NCBI GenBank assembly: GCA_902489925.1
Contig: CABUBX010000001.1
Location: 22,364-86,363, forward strand
Direction of reading: 5' to 3'
Length of the DNA: 64,000 bases
Source: an uncultured Lachnospiraceae bacterium
GTDB taxonomy: Bacteria; Bacillota; Clostridia; Lachnospirales; Lachnospiraceae
Every line of letters starts with the position of its first letter. The stretch's first letter is position 1. Below are positions 8,486 to 16,608 of the stretch, piece by piece. The notes beneath the pieces are model-generated. The model searched no databases. It saw only the letters and a program-made list of their open reading frames with translations, and was not told the DNA's origin. The translations under genes and the position numbers were made by a program.

Positions 8486-10246
8486 ATGATTATAAAAGCA
8501 CTGGATTTGATTGGATTTGGAAAATTTCATCACAGACAGATTGAGCTTGGACCTCGGATTAATATTGTTTATGGCGGCAATGAGGCTGGAAAGTCTACGG
8601 TGCACCGGTTTATTCACGGGATGCTTTTTGGACTTAAGCGCGGCAGAGGCAAGGGTGCTGCAAAGGATGATTATACAAGATATAAGCCGTGGGAAAACGG
8701 TCAGTGCTATGAAGGCCTGATGGTTATTGAGCATAAGGGGCATATTTATCGTCTTTATCGGAACTTTTATAAGGAGGATGAGGTTTTCCGCATTTTTGAT
8801 GAGACGGCGGGAAAGCAGATTTTCCTTGGAAGTGAGCAGATAGATAGTCTGATTGGCGGTCTTAATGAGGCGAATTTTAAGAATACGGTCAGTGTCAGGC
8901 AGCAGGAGAGTCGTATGGAGGATGGTTTTTCCTCTGTGCTTCAGACATATATTGCCAATATGTCTATGGGAAAGCATGAGTCTGTCGATATCGGTGCGGC
9001 GCTGTCGCAGCTTTCTGACCGAGAGCGTCAGATTAAACGTCAGATTAACGGCAACAGAGCGATAGATATCAGAGAGCAGATGGAAAAAACAGAACAGGCA
9101 CTTTTGGGGATGGAGGCAATTGATGAGCGCATTGCCGGTTTTGAAAGTGATGAGCGGCTGCTTGAGGCTAAGCTTTTGGAGTGCCGGGAGGATATGAAGC
9201 ATTTTCAGAGCTGTGAGCGCAGAGAGCGGATGGAGGGACGAGGGCTTTTAGAGCAGTATCATATAACCTCGCGTATGCTTTATGAGGAAAAGCAGAAAAA
9301 TCAGACGGAAAAAAACAAGACAGAGCATTATTTTGTACACCAGCTTTGGTTTCGTGTTTTTGTGGGGCTGACAATTGCAGCTGTGCTCTTGATGGCATTG
9401 CAGTTAGGCTTTAAGCTGGATATCCTTTTTTTGAAGGTTTTGACCGGAATTTTTCTTATCGGTGCTTTCTTTGGTCTTGCAAGGACTTCTTTTAAAAAGC
9501 CGGAATATCGTCAGGGAATGGATGAGGCTGATTTGAGCGCACAGCTTAAAGCAATTTCAGGTCGTCTTGCGCCCTATATTAAAAAATACGGCAAGGATAT
9601 GATGGGTGCCGGGCAATATGAGCGCGCCGTTGGTATTTTTAATGGACTTGTCGAAGAAAAAGAGAAGCTTATCCGAGAAAAGGAGAAGCTTTTACATGAG
9701 CAGGAGAGCCGTGATGAGCTTGCGGCGAAGCTTGAGACACTGAAAGAAGCAGCGGCGGAGATAAAAGAACGTGCCGGGCAATATGAAAGTGAGCTTTGCG
9801 CCCTTTCGCTTGCAAAGCATGTTATTGAGGAGGTGTCCGGTGAGCTTCATGAGAGCTTTGGAAGTCGTATGGATGACGAGGCAGAGGATATATTCCGTCA
9901 TATTTTGGGTGGTGACAGCGGCCGTGCTTTTCATATTGATGAAAAACTGAACATTCGTATGGACAGTCTGAAAGAGCAGATTCCGATTGAGCGCCTGAGC
10001 GCCGGAACGATAGACCAGCTTTATTTTGCGCTGCGTCTTTGTGCAGGGAAGATTATGTTTGACGAGGAGAGTATGCCGTTGATTTTAGATGATGCTTTTG
10101 TGCTTTATGATGATGGGCGGCTTAAAAATCTTATGGATTGGCTTGTGAACAATTATAAAGGACAGATTATTTTCTTCACCTGTCATCGGAGAGAAGCGGA
10201 TTTGCTCGAAGAACTGGGATATGATTACAATTATATAGAATTGTAA
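8486..10246 (+). CDS. AAA/SMC-head ATPase, YhaN/SbcC-like
   Basis: Walker A GGNEAGKST at the N-terminus, coiled-coil-like E/K/R/L-rich middle, and C-terminal signature LSAGTIDQ plus Walker B LILDDAF. Two hydrophobic helices sit mid-protein. Confidence 0.75.
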   Translation: MIIKALDLIGFGKFHHRQIELGPRINIVYGGNEAGKSTVHRFIHGMLFGLKRGRGKGAAKDDYTRYKPWENGQCYEGLMVIEHKGHIYRLYRNFYKEDEVFRIFDETAGKQIFLGSEQIDSLIGGLNEANFKNTVSVRQQESRMEDGFSSVLQTYIANMSMGKHESVDIGAALSQLSDRERQIKRQINGNRAIDIREQMEKTEQALLGMEAIDERIAGFESDERLLEAKLLECREDMKHFQSCERRERMEGRGLLEQYHITSRMLYEEKQKNQTEKNKTEHYFVHQLWFRVFVGLTIAAVLLMALQLGFKLDILFLKVLTGIFLIGAFFGLARTSFKKPEYRQGMDEADLSAQLKAISGRLAPYIKKYGKDMMGAGQYERAVGIFNGLVEEKEKLIREKEKLLHEQESRDELAAKLETLKEAAAEIKERAGQYESELCALSLAKHVIEEVSGELHESFGSRMDDEAEDIFRHILGGDSGRAFHIDEKLNIRMDSLKEQIPIERLSAGTIDQLYFALRLCAGKIMFDEESMPLILDDAFVLYDDGRLKNLMDWLVNNYKGQIIFFTCHRREADLLEELGYDYNYIEL

Positions 10247-10272
10247 TACAAAAAAGATGATTGCGGAAAAAG

Positions 10273-10316
10273 AAAACTGCTATGCACAGGATAAATCCTT
10301 TGCTAGCAGTTTTTTA
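10273..10316. terminator. bidirectional terminator between convergent genes
   Basis: AAAACTGCTA-N20-TAGCAGTTTT stem flanked by an A-run and a T-run. Confidence 0.65.
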
Positions 10317-10350
10317 TTTCTGGCAGCTATTGAATTAAATGGACACAAGT

Positions 10351-11721
10351 TTACATAAAGAACTTACTTATATATCCCTGAATGAAGATGAATAATACAA
10401 TCAAAGGAAGAATGTAAGAAACATAAATTCTTGCCCATTTTGGGAATTTTAGACCCTTGCCTGTATTGGCTTCGTCTGTAAATTTTTTGAAGCCCCATCC
10501 GTAACGTGATGTACAGAAAAGAAGGTATACAAGGCTTCCGAGCGGCAGAAGATTGTTGCTGACAATAAAGTCTTCCAAGTCGAGAACGTTTGAATTTGGA
10601 CCAAACGGTGTGAAGCCGCTTAATACGTTAAAGCCTAAAATACAAGGCATCGACAGGATGATGATGACAAATAAATTGATAATTACTGCTTTTTTACGAC
10701 TGCAGCCTGTTAAATCAATGGCAAAAGAAATAATATTTTCAAATACCGCAATAATGGTGGAAGCAGCGGCAAACATCATAAAAATAAAGAACAGTGTTCC
10801 CCAAAAGCGTCCGCCGGACATTGTATTAAAGACGTTTGGCAGGGTGATAAAAAGCAGTGACGGTCCTGTGCCCGCTTCGATATTGAAGGCGAAACATGCC
10901 GGGAAAATAATAAGACCGGCGATAAATGCAACAGATGTGTCCAGTACAGTGACGTAGACGGATTCACCCATCAGCGAACGCTCTTTACCTATGTAGCTTC
11001 CGAAAATAGCAATGGCGCCAATACCGAGGCTTAATGTAAAGAAAGCCTGACCCATGGCAGCAAAGATTGCTTCCCCGAGACCGTGCTCAACAAGCTTTGA
11101 AAAATCTGGTTTTAAGTAAAATTCAAGACCTTTGGAAGCACCATCAAGTGTAATAGATTTTACGGCAAGAATAATCATCAATGCTAAAAGGCAAAGCATC
11201 ATGATTTTAGTAATCTTTTCCACACCTTTTTGAAGCCCCATACCGCAGACTGCAAAGCAGAGTGCAACGACGATAATCATGCAGACAGTCATAAGTCCCG
11301 GCTGTCCCTGAAGCTCTGAAAATGAAGTGGCAATGCCATCAGGTGTAAGTCCTTCAAATTGTCCGCTGGCACTTTTGAAAACGTAAAGTAAAAGCCATCC
11401 GCCGATGGTTGTGTAGAACATCATCAGAAGATAGTTTCCGGCCATAGCGCCCCATTTGTAAAGATGCCATTTTGTACCTGACGGTTCAAGCTTATCAAAG
11501 GAGAGGGCGGCGCTGACCTGACTGGCACGTCCTACCGAAAATTCCATTGTCATAATCGGAAGTCCGAGAATAACAAGGAACAGAAGATAAATAAGTACGA
11601 AAGCAGCACCGCCGTACTGTCCGACGATATAAGGAAAACGCCAAACGTTGCCGAGCCCAATCGCACATCCCGCGGAAATAAGAATAAATCCGAGACGGGA
11701 GGAAAGTTTTTCTCTTTTCAT
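10351..11721 (-). CDS. sodium-dependent transporter, SNF (neurotransmitter:sodium symporter) family
   Basis: The N-terminus contains the SRLGFILISAGCAIGLGNVWRFPY signature. About 11-12 hydrophobic segments. ATG at 11721. Confidence 0.85.
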   Translation of the reverse strand: MKREKLSSRLGFILISAGCAIGLGNVWRFPYIVGQYGGAAFVLIYLLFLVILGLPIMTMEFSVGRASQVSAALSFDKLEPSGTKWHLYKWGAMAGNYLLMMFYTTIGGWLLLYVFKSASGQFEGLTPDGIATSFSELQGQPGLMTVCMIIVVALCFAVCGMGLQKGVEKITKIMMLCLLALMIILAVKSITLDGASKGLEFYLKPDFSKLVEHGLGEAIFAAMGQAFFTLSLGIGAIAIFGSYIGKERSLMGESVYVTVLDTSVAFIAGLIIFPACFAFNIEAGTGPSLLFITLPNVFNTMSGGRFWGTLFFIFMMFAAASTIIAVFENIISFAIDLTGCSRKKAVIINLFVIIILSMPCILGFNVLSGFTPFGPNSNVLDLEDFIVSNNLLPLGSLVYLLFCTSRYGWGFKKFTDEANTGKGLKFPKWARIYVSYILPLIVLFIFIQGYISKFFM

Positions 11722-11756
11722 AAATAACAACCCTTCTAAAATATAATGTATTGTCT

Positions 11757-11785
11757 ATTGTACTATGTTTAACAAAAGACTTCAA
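11757..11785 (-). promoter_or_regulatory. candidate promoter of the SNF transporter gene
   Basis: On the minus strand: TTGAAG, 17 nt, TACAAT. Confidence 0.45.
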
Positions 11786-11851
11786 CGAATTTCAAAATAT
11801 ATTTTGGCTATCCCCAAAAAGAAATGGAGATTCTTTCGGAGATAGCCATAG

Positions 11852-11938
11852 TTATCCACAGTTTATCCACAAAACGTGTATAACTGTACACAAAATGTCG
11901 TTTTTTGCTGTTAATTTATGTGGATTACAAGTGGATAT
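11852..11938. promoter_or_regulatory. DnaA-box cluster (four boxes in two 11-bp-phased pairs)
   Basis: Two perfect TTATCCACA boxes at 11852-11860 and 11863-11871. Two inverted boxes follow: TGTGGATTA at 11919-11927 (1 mismatch) and AGTGGATAT at 11930-11938 (2 mismatches). Confidence 0.7.
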
Positions 11939-11952
11939 CTCTTAATATGCGA

Positions 11953-12111
11953 TTATTTCAAGACAAAAGATTCACAATCTGTACATTCGCATTTTGTAGG
12001 GTTTGTTTCATGTGTGCCCACTTTAATCTGAGAGAGGGTACAATAATCGCAGCAATCTGCGTGATAACGGCATTCTTTGATTGTACATGCAATACTTGGG
12101 TTCTTTTCCAT
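11953..12111 (-). CDS. DUF1540-like small cysteine-rich protein (52 aa)
   Basis: My own translation is MEKNPSIACTIKECRYHADCCDYCTLSQIKVGTHETNPTKCECTDCESFVLK*. AAGGAG lies 8 nt upstream of the ATG. The gene falls below the 60-aa ORF-track cutoff. The + strand ORF 11905-12135 is its shadow. Confidence 0.7.
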   Translation of the reverse strand: MEKNPSIACTIKECRYHADCCDYCTLSQIKVGTHETNPTKCECTDCESFVLK

Positions 12112-12237
12112 TGTTTTCGTCTCCTTAATTTTTAATTTGTAGCTACGGACAGTAGTGTAACCATAAGCGATATGACTTATTCACAGGCAATAAGTTAAAT
12201 TTTAAGAAATTCGTAATATTTGGAAATAGAAAACGGC

Positions 12238-12266
12238 TTGAATAAAATAAGGGCGTATACTACAAT
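12238..12266 (+). promoter_or_regulatory. candidate promoter of the L,D-transpeptidase gene
   Basis: TTGAAT, 17 nt, TACAAT. Confidence 0.5.
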
Positions 12267-12312
12267 AGAAGCGATGTAATGTGTTTACAGCAGATTAAGG
12301 TGGTTTTTATAA

Positions 12313-13698
12313 ATGACAAAAAGAAAAAAAACAATCATAGGATGTGCTCTGATTATCGGGATACCGGCCGCGATTGCAATAATTGCTTATATTATGATAT
12401 CTGTCTATTATATGAATAGATTTTTCCCGGGAACGTATATTAACGGCATAGATTTTTCAAATAAGACAGCGAAGGAAGCGGAAAAAGAGCTGGAAGCTTA
12501 TCACAGCAATTATACATTCCGAATCATTGAGCGGGATGGAAGTCAGGAAGTATTAAAAGGAAGCGAGATTGGCCATAAAATTGTATTTAATGGAATAGAA
12601 GATATTAAAAAAAATCAAGGCTCATGGAATTGGCCGGTGAACCTGTCTGACAGGAAATTTTATACAGCTGAGAGCGGTCACGGCTATGACGAGCGCAAGT
12701 TAAGGGATGCGATTGAAGCTTTGGATTGTATGACAAAGGATATTGTTGAGCCGCAGAACGCTTATGTAGATTTTACGGACGGTATTAAGATTATTCCGGA
12801 AATTGAGGGCAATAAGCTTGATGTGGGTAAGGTCTTTGAGGCTGTCGGCAGTGCAATCAAAGCCGGTGAAGTACGGCTTAATATTGATGCGGCCGGCTGT
12901 TATGTCTCTCCTGAGGTTACGATGGATACAGAAGCATTTCAAAAGGAGATAGAGCCGATTAAAAAATTGACGAAGGCAGTTATTACACTTGAGATTGGTA
13001 AAAAGACAGAAGTCATCGATGCATCAGTGTCCGAGGGATTTCTTGTACAGGATGAGGAAGGGACAATTTCACTTGATAAAGAAAAAGTCAGAGCTTATGT
13101 GGACGGACTTGAGGAAAAGTATGAGACATGGGGAAAACCGCATGAGTTTAAGACAACCGGCGGTGAGCTGATATCCTTATCGGGAACTCTTGGCTGGTCC
13201 ATTGATGTCAAGGGGGAAACCGAAAAGATTATTGAGGAATTAAAAGAAGGCAAGGATGTCAAAAGAGAGGTTCTTTATGATGCTACAGCGCCGACTTGGG
13301 AAGACAATGAAATCGGTGATACATATATCGAAATCAGCCGCAGCGCCCAGCGTATGTGGTTTTATAAAAATGGCAGCATCATTGTTGAGACAGATGTGAT
13401 AACAGGCTGTCTGAATGAAGGACACGCTACACCGGCAGGTGCCTATAAGCTTCTTAATAAGCTTAGAAATCAGACGTTGATTGGGGCAAATCCGGATGAC
13501 CCGTACGAGTCTAAGGTTTCTTTTTGGCTTCCGTTTATCGGAAATATGTACGGTATTCACGATGCCAGCTGGCGAGGTAGCTTTGGCGGCAGTATTTATG
13601 TGTACAACGGTTCGCACGGATGTGTGAATACGCCGTATAATAAGGTTCAGGCAATTTATGAAAATATTGAAATCGGAACACCGGTTCTGATTTATTAA
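12313..13698 (+). CDS. L,D-transpeptidase family protein (YkuD domain) with N-terminal membrane anchor
   Basis: C-terminal HDASWRGSFGG...YNGSHGCVN matches the YkuD catalytic His/Cys motif. N-terminal TM segment IIGCALIIGIPAAIAIIAYIMI. Confidence 0.85.
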   Translation: MTKRKKTIIGCALIIGIPAAIAIIAYIMISVYYMNRFFPGTYINGIDFSNKTAKEAEKELEAYHSNYTFRIIERDGSQEVLKGSEIGHKIVFNGIEDIKKNQGSWNWPVNLSDRKFYTAESGHGYDERKLRDAIEALDCMTKDIVEPQNAYVDFTDGIKIIPEIEGNKLDVGKVFEAVGSAIKAGEVRLNIDAAGCYVSPEVTMDTEAFQKEIEPIKKLTKAVITLEIGKKTEVIDASVSEGFLVQDEEGTISLDKEKVRAYVDGLEEKYETWGKPHEFKTTGGELISLSGTLGWSIDVKGETEKIIEELKEGKDVKREVLYDATAPTWEDNEIGDTYIEISRSAQRMWFYKNGSIIVETDVITGCLNEGHATPAGAYKLLNKLRNQTLIGANPDDPYESKVSFWLPFIGNMYGIHDASWRGSFGGSIYVYNGSHGCVNTPYNKVQAIYENIEIGTPVLIY

Positions 13699-13715
13699 TG
13701 TGTTTCGCAGCAGTA

Positions 13716-13778
13716 TCGCACGGCAGGATATCCTTAATAAGGGAAAGTGGCCGTGCGATTGTGTGAAGCACAATTTTT
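13716..13778 (+). terminator. terminator region after the L,D-transpeptidase gene
   Basis: TCGCACGGC-N25-GCCGTGCGA stem, followed by a TTGTG-N5-CACAA hairpin and TTTTT. Confidence 0.6.
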
Positions 13779-13800
13779 GTTGTATAGGAGAATTTTTAAA

Positions 13801-14796
13801 ATGAAGAAAATATTGTTGATTGCGACAGGCGGTACAATTGCTTCAAAAAACAGCCCTGAAGGCTTAGAGCCCCAGCTTGGTTCAAAGGAAATTTTACAGT
13901 ATGTTCCCTCGGTTTATGAAATATGTGAGGTTGATACAGTGCAGCTTTTTAATATTGACAGTACAAATATGATGCCGTATCACTGGATAAAGATAGCCAC
14001 GGCAATTGAGGAAAATTATGACAGCTATGACGGCTTTATTATTTTACACGGTACAGATACGATGTCCTACACGGCGGCAGCGCTTTCTTATCTTGTTCAA
14101 AATGTGAGAAAACCGATTATTTTGACCGGCTCACAGCGTCCGATAGACAAGGAAGTGACCGACGCCAAGCGCAATCTGTATGACAGCTTTTTATATGCGG
14201 CGGATGAAGCGTCCCATGGAGTCAATATTATTTTTGACGGTCATGTCATATGCGGCACAAGGGCAAGAAAGAGCCGTTCTCAAAGCTTTAATGCTTTTTC
14301 AAGTATTAATTTTCCCGATATTGCTGTCATAAGAAATAATAGGATTATTCGGTATATACGCGATGAAGTCGCACAGGAAAAACCGGATTTTTATCATGCG
14401 CTCAATGACAGGATTTTATTAATGAAGCTGATTCCGGGGATGAAACCGGACATTTTTGATTATATTAAGGATGACTATGATGCAGTCATTATTGAAAGCT
14501 TTGGTGTGGGCGGTGTACCGTGTGATGAAAATGACAGCTTTATGAAGGCGATTCACCGTTGGACGGCATCGGGAAAGATGGTTGTGATGTCAACACAGGT
14601 GCCTTATGAGGGTAGTGACATGGAGGTTTATAAAGTCGGCTACACAATTAAAGAGCGTTTTGAGCTTTTAGAGGCTTACGATATGACTACAGAAACTGTT
14701 GTGACAAAGCTGATGTGGATTCTCGGGCAGACAAAGGACGTGAGGAAGGTTCGCGAGCTGTTTTACCGTCAGATTAATCATGATGTCATCAGCTGA
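13801..14796 (+). CDS. ansA: type I L-asparaginase
   Basis: MKKILLIATGGTIAS and HGTDTM catalytic motifs. AGGAGA RBS precedes ATG 13801. Confidence 0.85.
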   Translation: MKKILLIATGGTIASKNSPEGLEPQLGSKEILQYVPSVYEICEVDTVQLFNIDSTNMMPYHWIKIATAIEENYDSYDGFIILHGTDTMSYTAAALSYLVQNVRKPIILTGSQRPIDKEVTDAKRNLYDSFLYAADEASHGVNIIFDGHVICGTRARKSRSQSFNAFSSINFPDIAVIRNNRIIRYIRDEVAQEKPDFYHALNDRILLMKLIPGMKPDIFDYIKDDYDAVIIESFGVGGVPCDENDSFMKAIHRWTASGKMVVMSTQVPYEGSDMEVYKVGYTIKERFELLEAYDMTTETVVTKLMWILGQTKDVRKVRELFYRQINHDVIS

Positions 14797-14831
14797 TTTA
14801 TGGAGGATGGATTGGAGGGTATATTTGCGCT

Positions 14832-15719
14832 ATGAAGATGAGAAAGCTTACAGCAGGACAGAAGAAGATTAAAAATATGACACTGGATATTGGTGCGGAT
14901 ATTGTCGGTTCGTTTATTTTTGCCATTGGACTTATCTGTTTTATTGAGCCGGCTAACATTGCCCCGGGCGGGGCTTCTGCAATCGCAGTGCTCATTAATT
15001 ATATAACGGGGCTTCCGATTGGTGCCTTAAATCTTGCAATAAATGTGCCTTTACTTATTTTGGCATTTATGTATTTGGGGCACGGTTTTGCGCTAAAGAC
15101 AATAAAGACACTTGTAATTAATACAATATTTATTGACTGGGTTGTTGCGCCGTTTTTTCCTGTTTATACAGGCGACAGGCTGTTAGGCTCGGTTTACGGC
15201 GGTGTTTTGGTGGGCGCCGGTGTGGCTTTAATTTTTCTTCGTGGTTCGACAACCGGCGGAACCGATATTATGTCCTATCTTATACAGAGAAAATTTCCGC
15301 ACTTGTCCATTGGGCGTGCGATGCTTATTATTGACGGTGTGATTATTGCAGCTTCGATTGTTGTTTTCAACAATATTGAGGCAGGGCTTTTCGGTGTGAT
15401 TTCATTATTCTGTACAACAAAGCTTGTGGACAGTATTATTTATGGTGTGGACAGAGGCAGTATGGTTATGGTTGTTTCAAAGTTAAGCCGGGATATCGGA
15501 GAAAAGGTTATGGATGAGCTGGGACGCGGTGTCACTTATATTAAAGGTGAGGGCGGCTACAGAAAGGAAAATTGCGATATTCTTATGTGTGCCGTGCGGC
15601 GCCATCAATTTGCGAAATTAAAGTCTATTGTTTATGAAGTTGACCCTGAAGCTTTTGTTGTTGTGACAGAGGCAGGTCAGATTCTCGGTGAAGGCTTTAC
15701 AAGAGAAATAAAAAGTTAA
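14832..15719 (+). CDS. YitT family membrane protein (DUF2179 C-terminal domain)
   Basis: Polytopic N-terminal region with GGxS/GGTD motifs, and a soluble C-terminal domain typical of YitT/YpjC proteins. Confidence 0.75.
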   Translation: MKMRKLTAGQKKIKNMTLDIGADIVGSFIFAIGLICFIEPANIAPGGASAIAVLINYITGLPIGALNLAINVPLLILAFMYLGHGFALKTIKTLVINTIFIDWVVAPFFPVYTGDRLLGSVYGGVLVGAGVALIFLRGSTTGGTDIMSYLIQRKFPHLSIGRAMLIIDGVIIAASIVVFNNIEAGLFGVISLFCTTKLVDSIIYGVDRGSMVMVVSKLSRDIGEKVMDELGRGVTYIKGEGGYRKENCDILMCAVRRHQFAKLKSIVYEVDPEAFVVVTEAGQILGEGFTREIKS

Positions 15720-15730
15720 TTTGTCAATAA

Positions 15731-15765
15731 AAACAGCAGCGGGTTTAGTCCTCGCTGCTGTTTTT
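15731..15765. terminator. shared terminator (its 3' arm overlaps the end of the minus-strand regulator gene)
   Basis: AAACAGCAGCG-N11-CGCTGCTGTTT stem followed by TT. Confidence 0.65.
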
Positions 15766-16326
15766 AAATTCGGATGTGGATACAATCATAAATTTTGCGG
15801 GATTGTCACTCGCATTTTCCCAACGGTGACCGATTTCATTGGGATAATAAAGGGTATCACCGGCTTCTAAAACATATTCGGGTGCGCTTTCAAGAAAGAA
15901 GGTAATCTGGCCTTCTAAAATGAAAATAAATTCTTCACCTTCATGATAGTAAAAATCACCGGAATCGGTGTGCGGCGGCATATCAACAACGCCTCCCCAC
16001 ATCTTGGTATCTCCTTTGGTAATAAGAGACTCCACGATGGCTTCCTGATGACTTGTGTTTCTGACAAAAGATACACGTTCATTTTTACGGACAAGCTTTA
16101 TACGGTCGCTGTTATCTTCAAGAAAAAGCGCTGAAATCGGGAAATTTAATGTCTGGCACAGTGAATAGATGCTGACAAGATTCGGTGAAGTTTTCCCGGT
16201 TTCAATCTGGCTTATCGTGCCGGCAGCGACGCCGGACTTGGCAGACAACTCCCGGATTGAAAGCCCCATGCCGATGCGGCGCATTTTTATAAGATTTCCG
16301 ATGCGTATTAGGTTAAGTTCGGACAT
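15745..16326 (-). CDS. XRE-family HTH transcriptional regulator with C-terminal cupin domain
   Basis: HTH segment LSIRELSAKSGVAAGTISQIETGK. Cupin motifs HxHEGEEF...GDTLYYP...H. ATG 16326 follows AAGGAAG. Confidence 0.8.
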   Translation of the reverse strand: MSELNLIRIGNLIKMRRIGMGLSIRELSAKSGVAAGTISQIETGKTSPNLVSIYSLCQTLNFPISALFLEDNSDRIKLVRKNERVSFVRNTSHQEAIVESLITKGDTKMWGGVVDMPPHTDSGDFYYHEGEEFIFILEGQITFFLESAPEYVLEAGDTLYYPNEIGHRWENASDNPAKFMIVSTSEFKNSSED

Positions 16327-16385
16327 TTTCACACTTCCTTTTTAATTCAAGGCGTACTCGTTCATTGAAACGAATCTATCATTAA

Positions 16386-16414
16386 CATATATCATAAATA
16401 TGAACGCTTGTCAA
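16386..16414 (-). promoter_or_regulatory. candidate promoter of the XRE-cupin regulator with an embedded CGTTCA half-site
   Basis: On the minus strand: TTGACA, 17 nt, TATATG. The spacer contains CGTTCA (plus-strand TGAACG at 16401-16406). Confidence 0.45.
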
Positions 16415-16532
16415 TAAAGGGAAAAGTTGCTTTCGTTGAATTTGATGATTTTGGTAAAGTTGCCATAAAACCTTGAAAAATCAGTGAAAAATAGGAAATA
16501 AAGTCAAAAAACAATAAAAATGGCAAAGGTGA

Positions 16533-16567
16533 TTGATAAAAAAAGACACGTTCACTATAATGAACGT
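16533..16567 (+). promoter_or_regulatory. promoter of the BMP ABC operon with an overlapping palindromic operator
   Basis: TTGATA, 17 nt, TATAAT. The inverted repeat ACGTTCA-N6-TGAACGT (16548-16567) brackets the -10 element. Confidence 0.6.
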
Positions 16568-16608
16568 ATACCAACGAAAACAGATTTATGTTTAAGGAGA
16601 GAACAAAA

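Noticed and set aside
8438-9202. 254-aa minus-strand ORF inside the yhaN-like gene
   Set aside because: It is antisense to a gene with clear Walker and signature motifs. It has no RBS, and its translation is not protein-like (L/I/K/R-rich runs).
7419-10246. The YhaO/YhaN-like pair as a phage-defence module (Lamassu/Gabija/SbcCD-like)
   Set aside because: The architecture and pairing match the conserved Firmicute yhaO-yhaN housekeeping genes. There are no accompanying effector, methylase or mobile-element genes.
11740-11940. Chromosomal replication origin (oriC)
   Set aside because: There are only four boxes, no adjacent dnaA/dnaN, no obvious DnaA-trio or 13-mer-type unwinding repeats, and the region is flanked by ordinary metabolic genes. 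A DnaA-box cluster or regulated promoter is more economical. This needs the whole genome to settle.
13240-13773. 177-aa minus-strand ORF antisense to the L,D-transpeptidase gene
   Set aside because: It overlaps the catalytic YkuD domain on the opposite strand. It has no RBS and is not protein-like.
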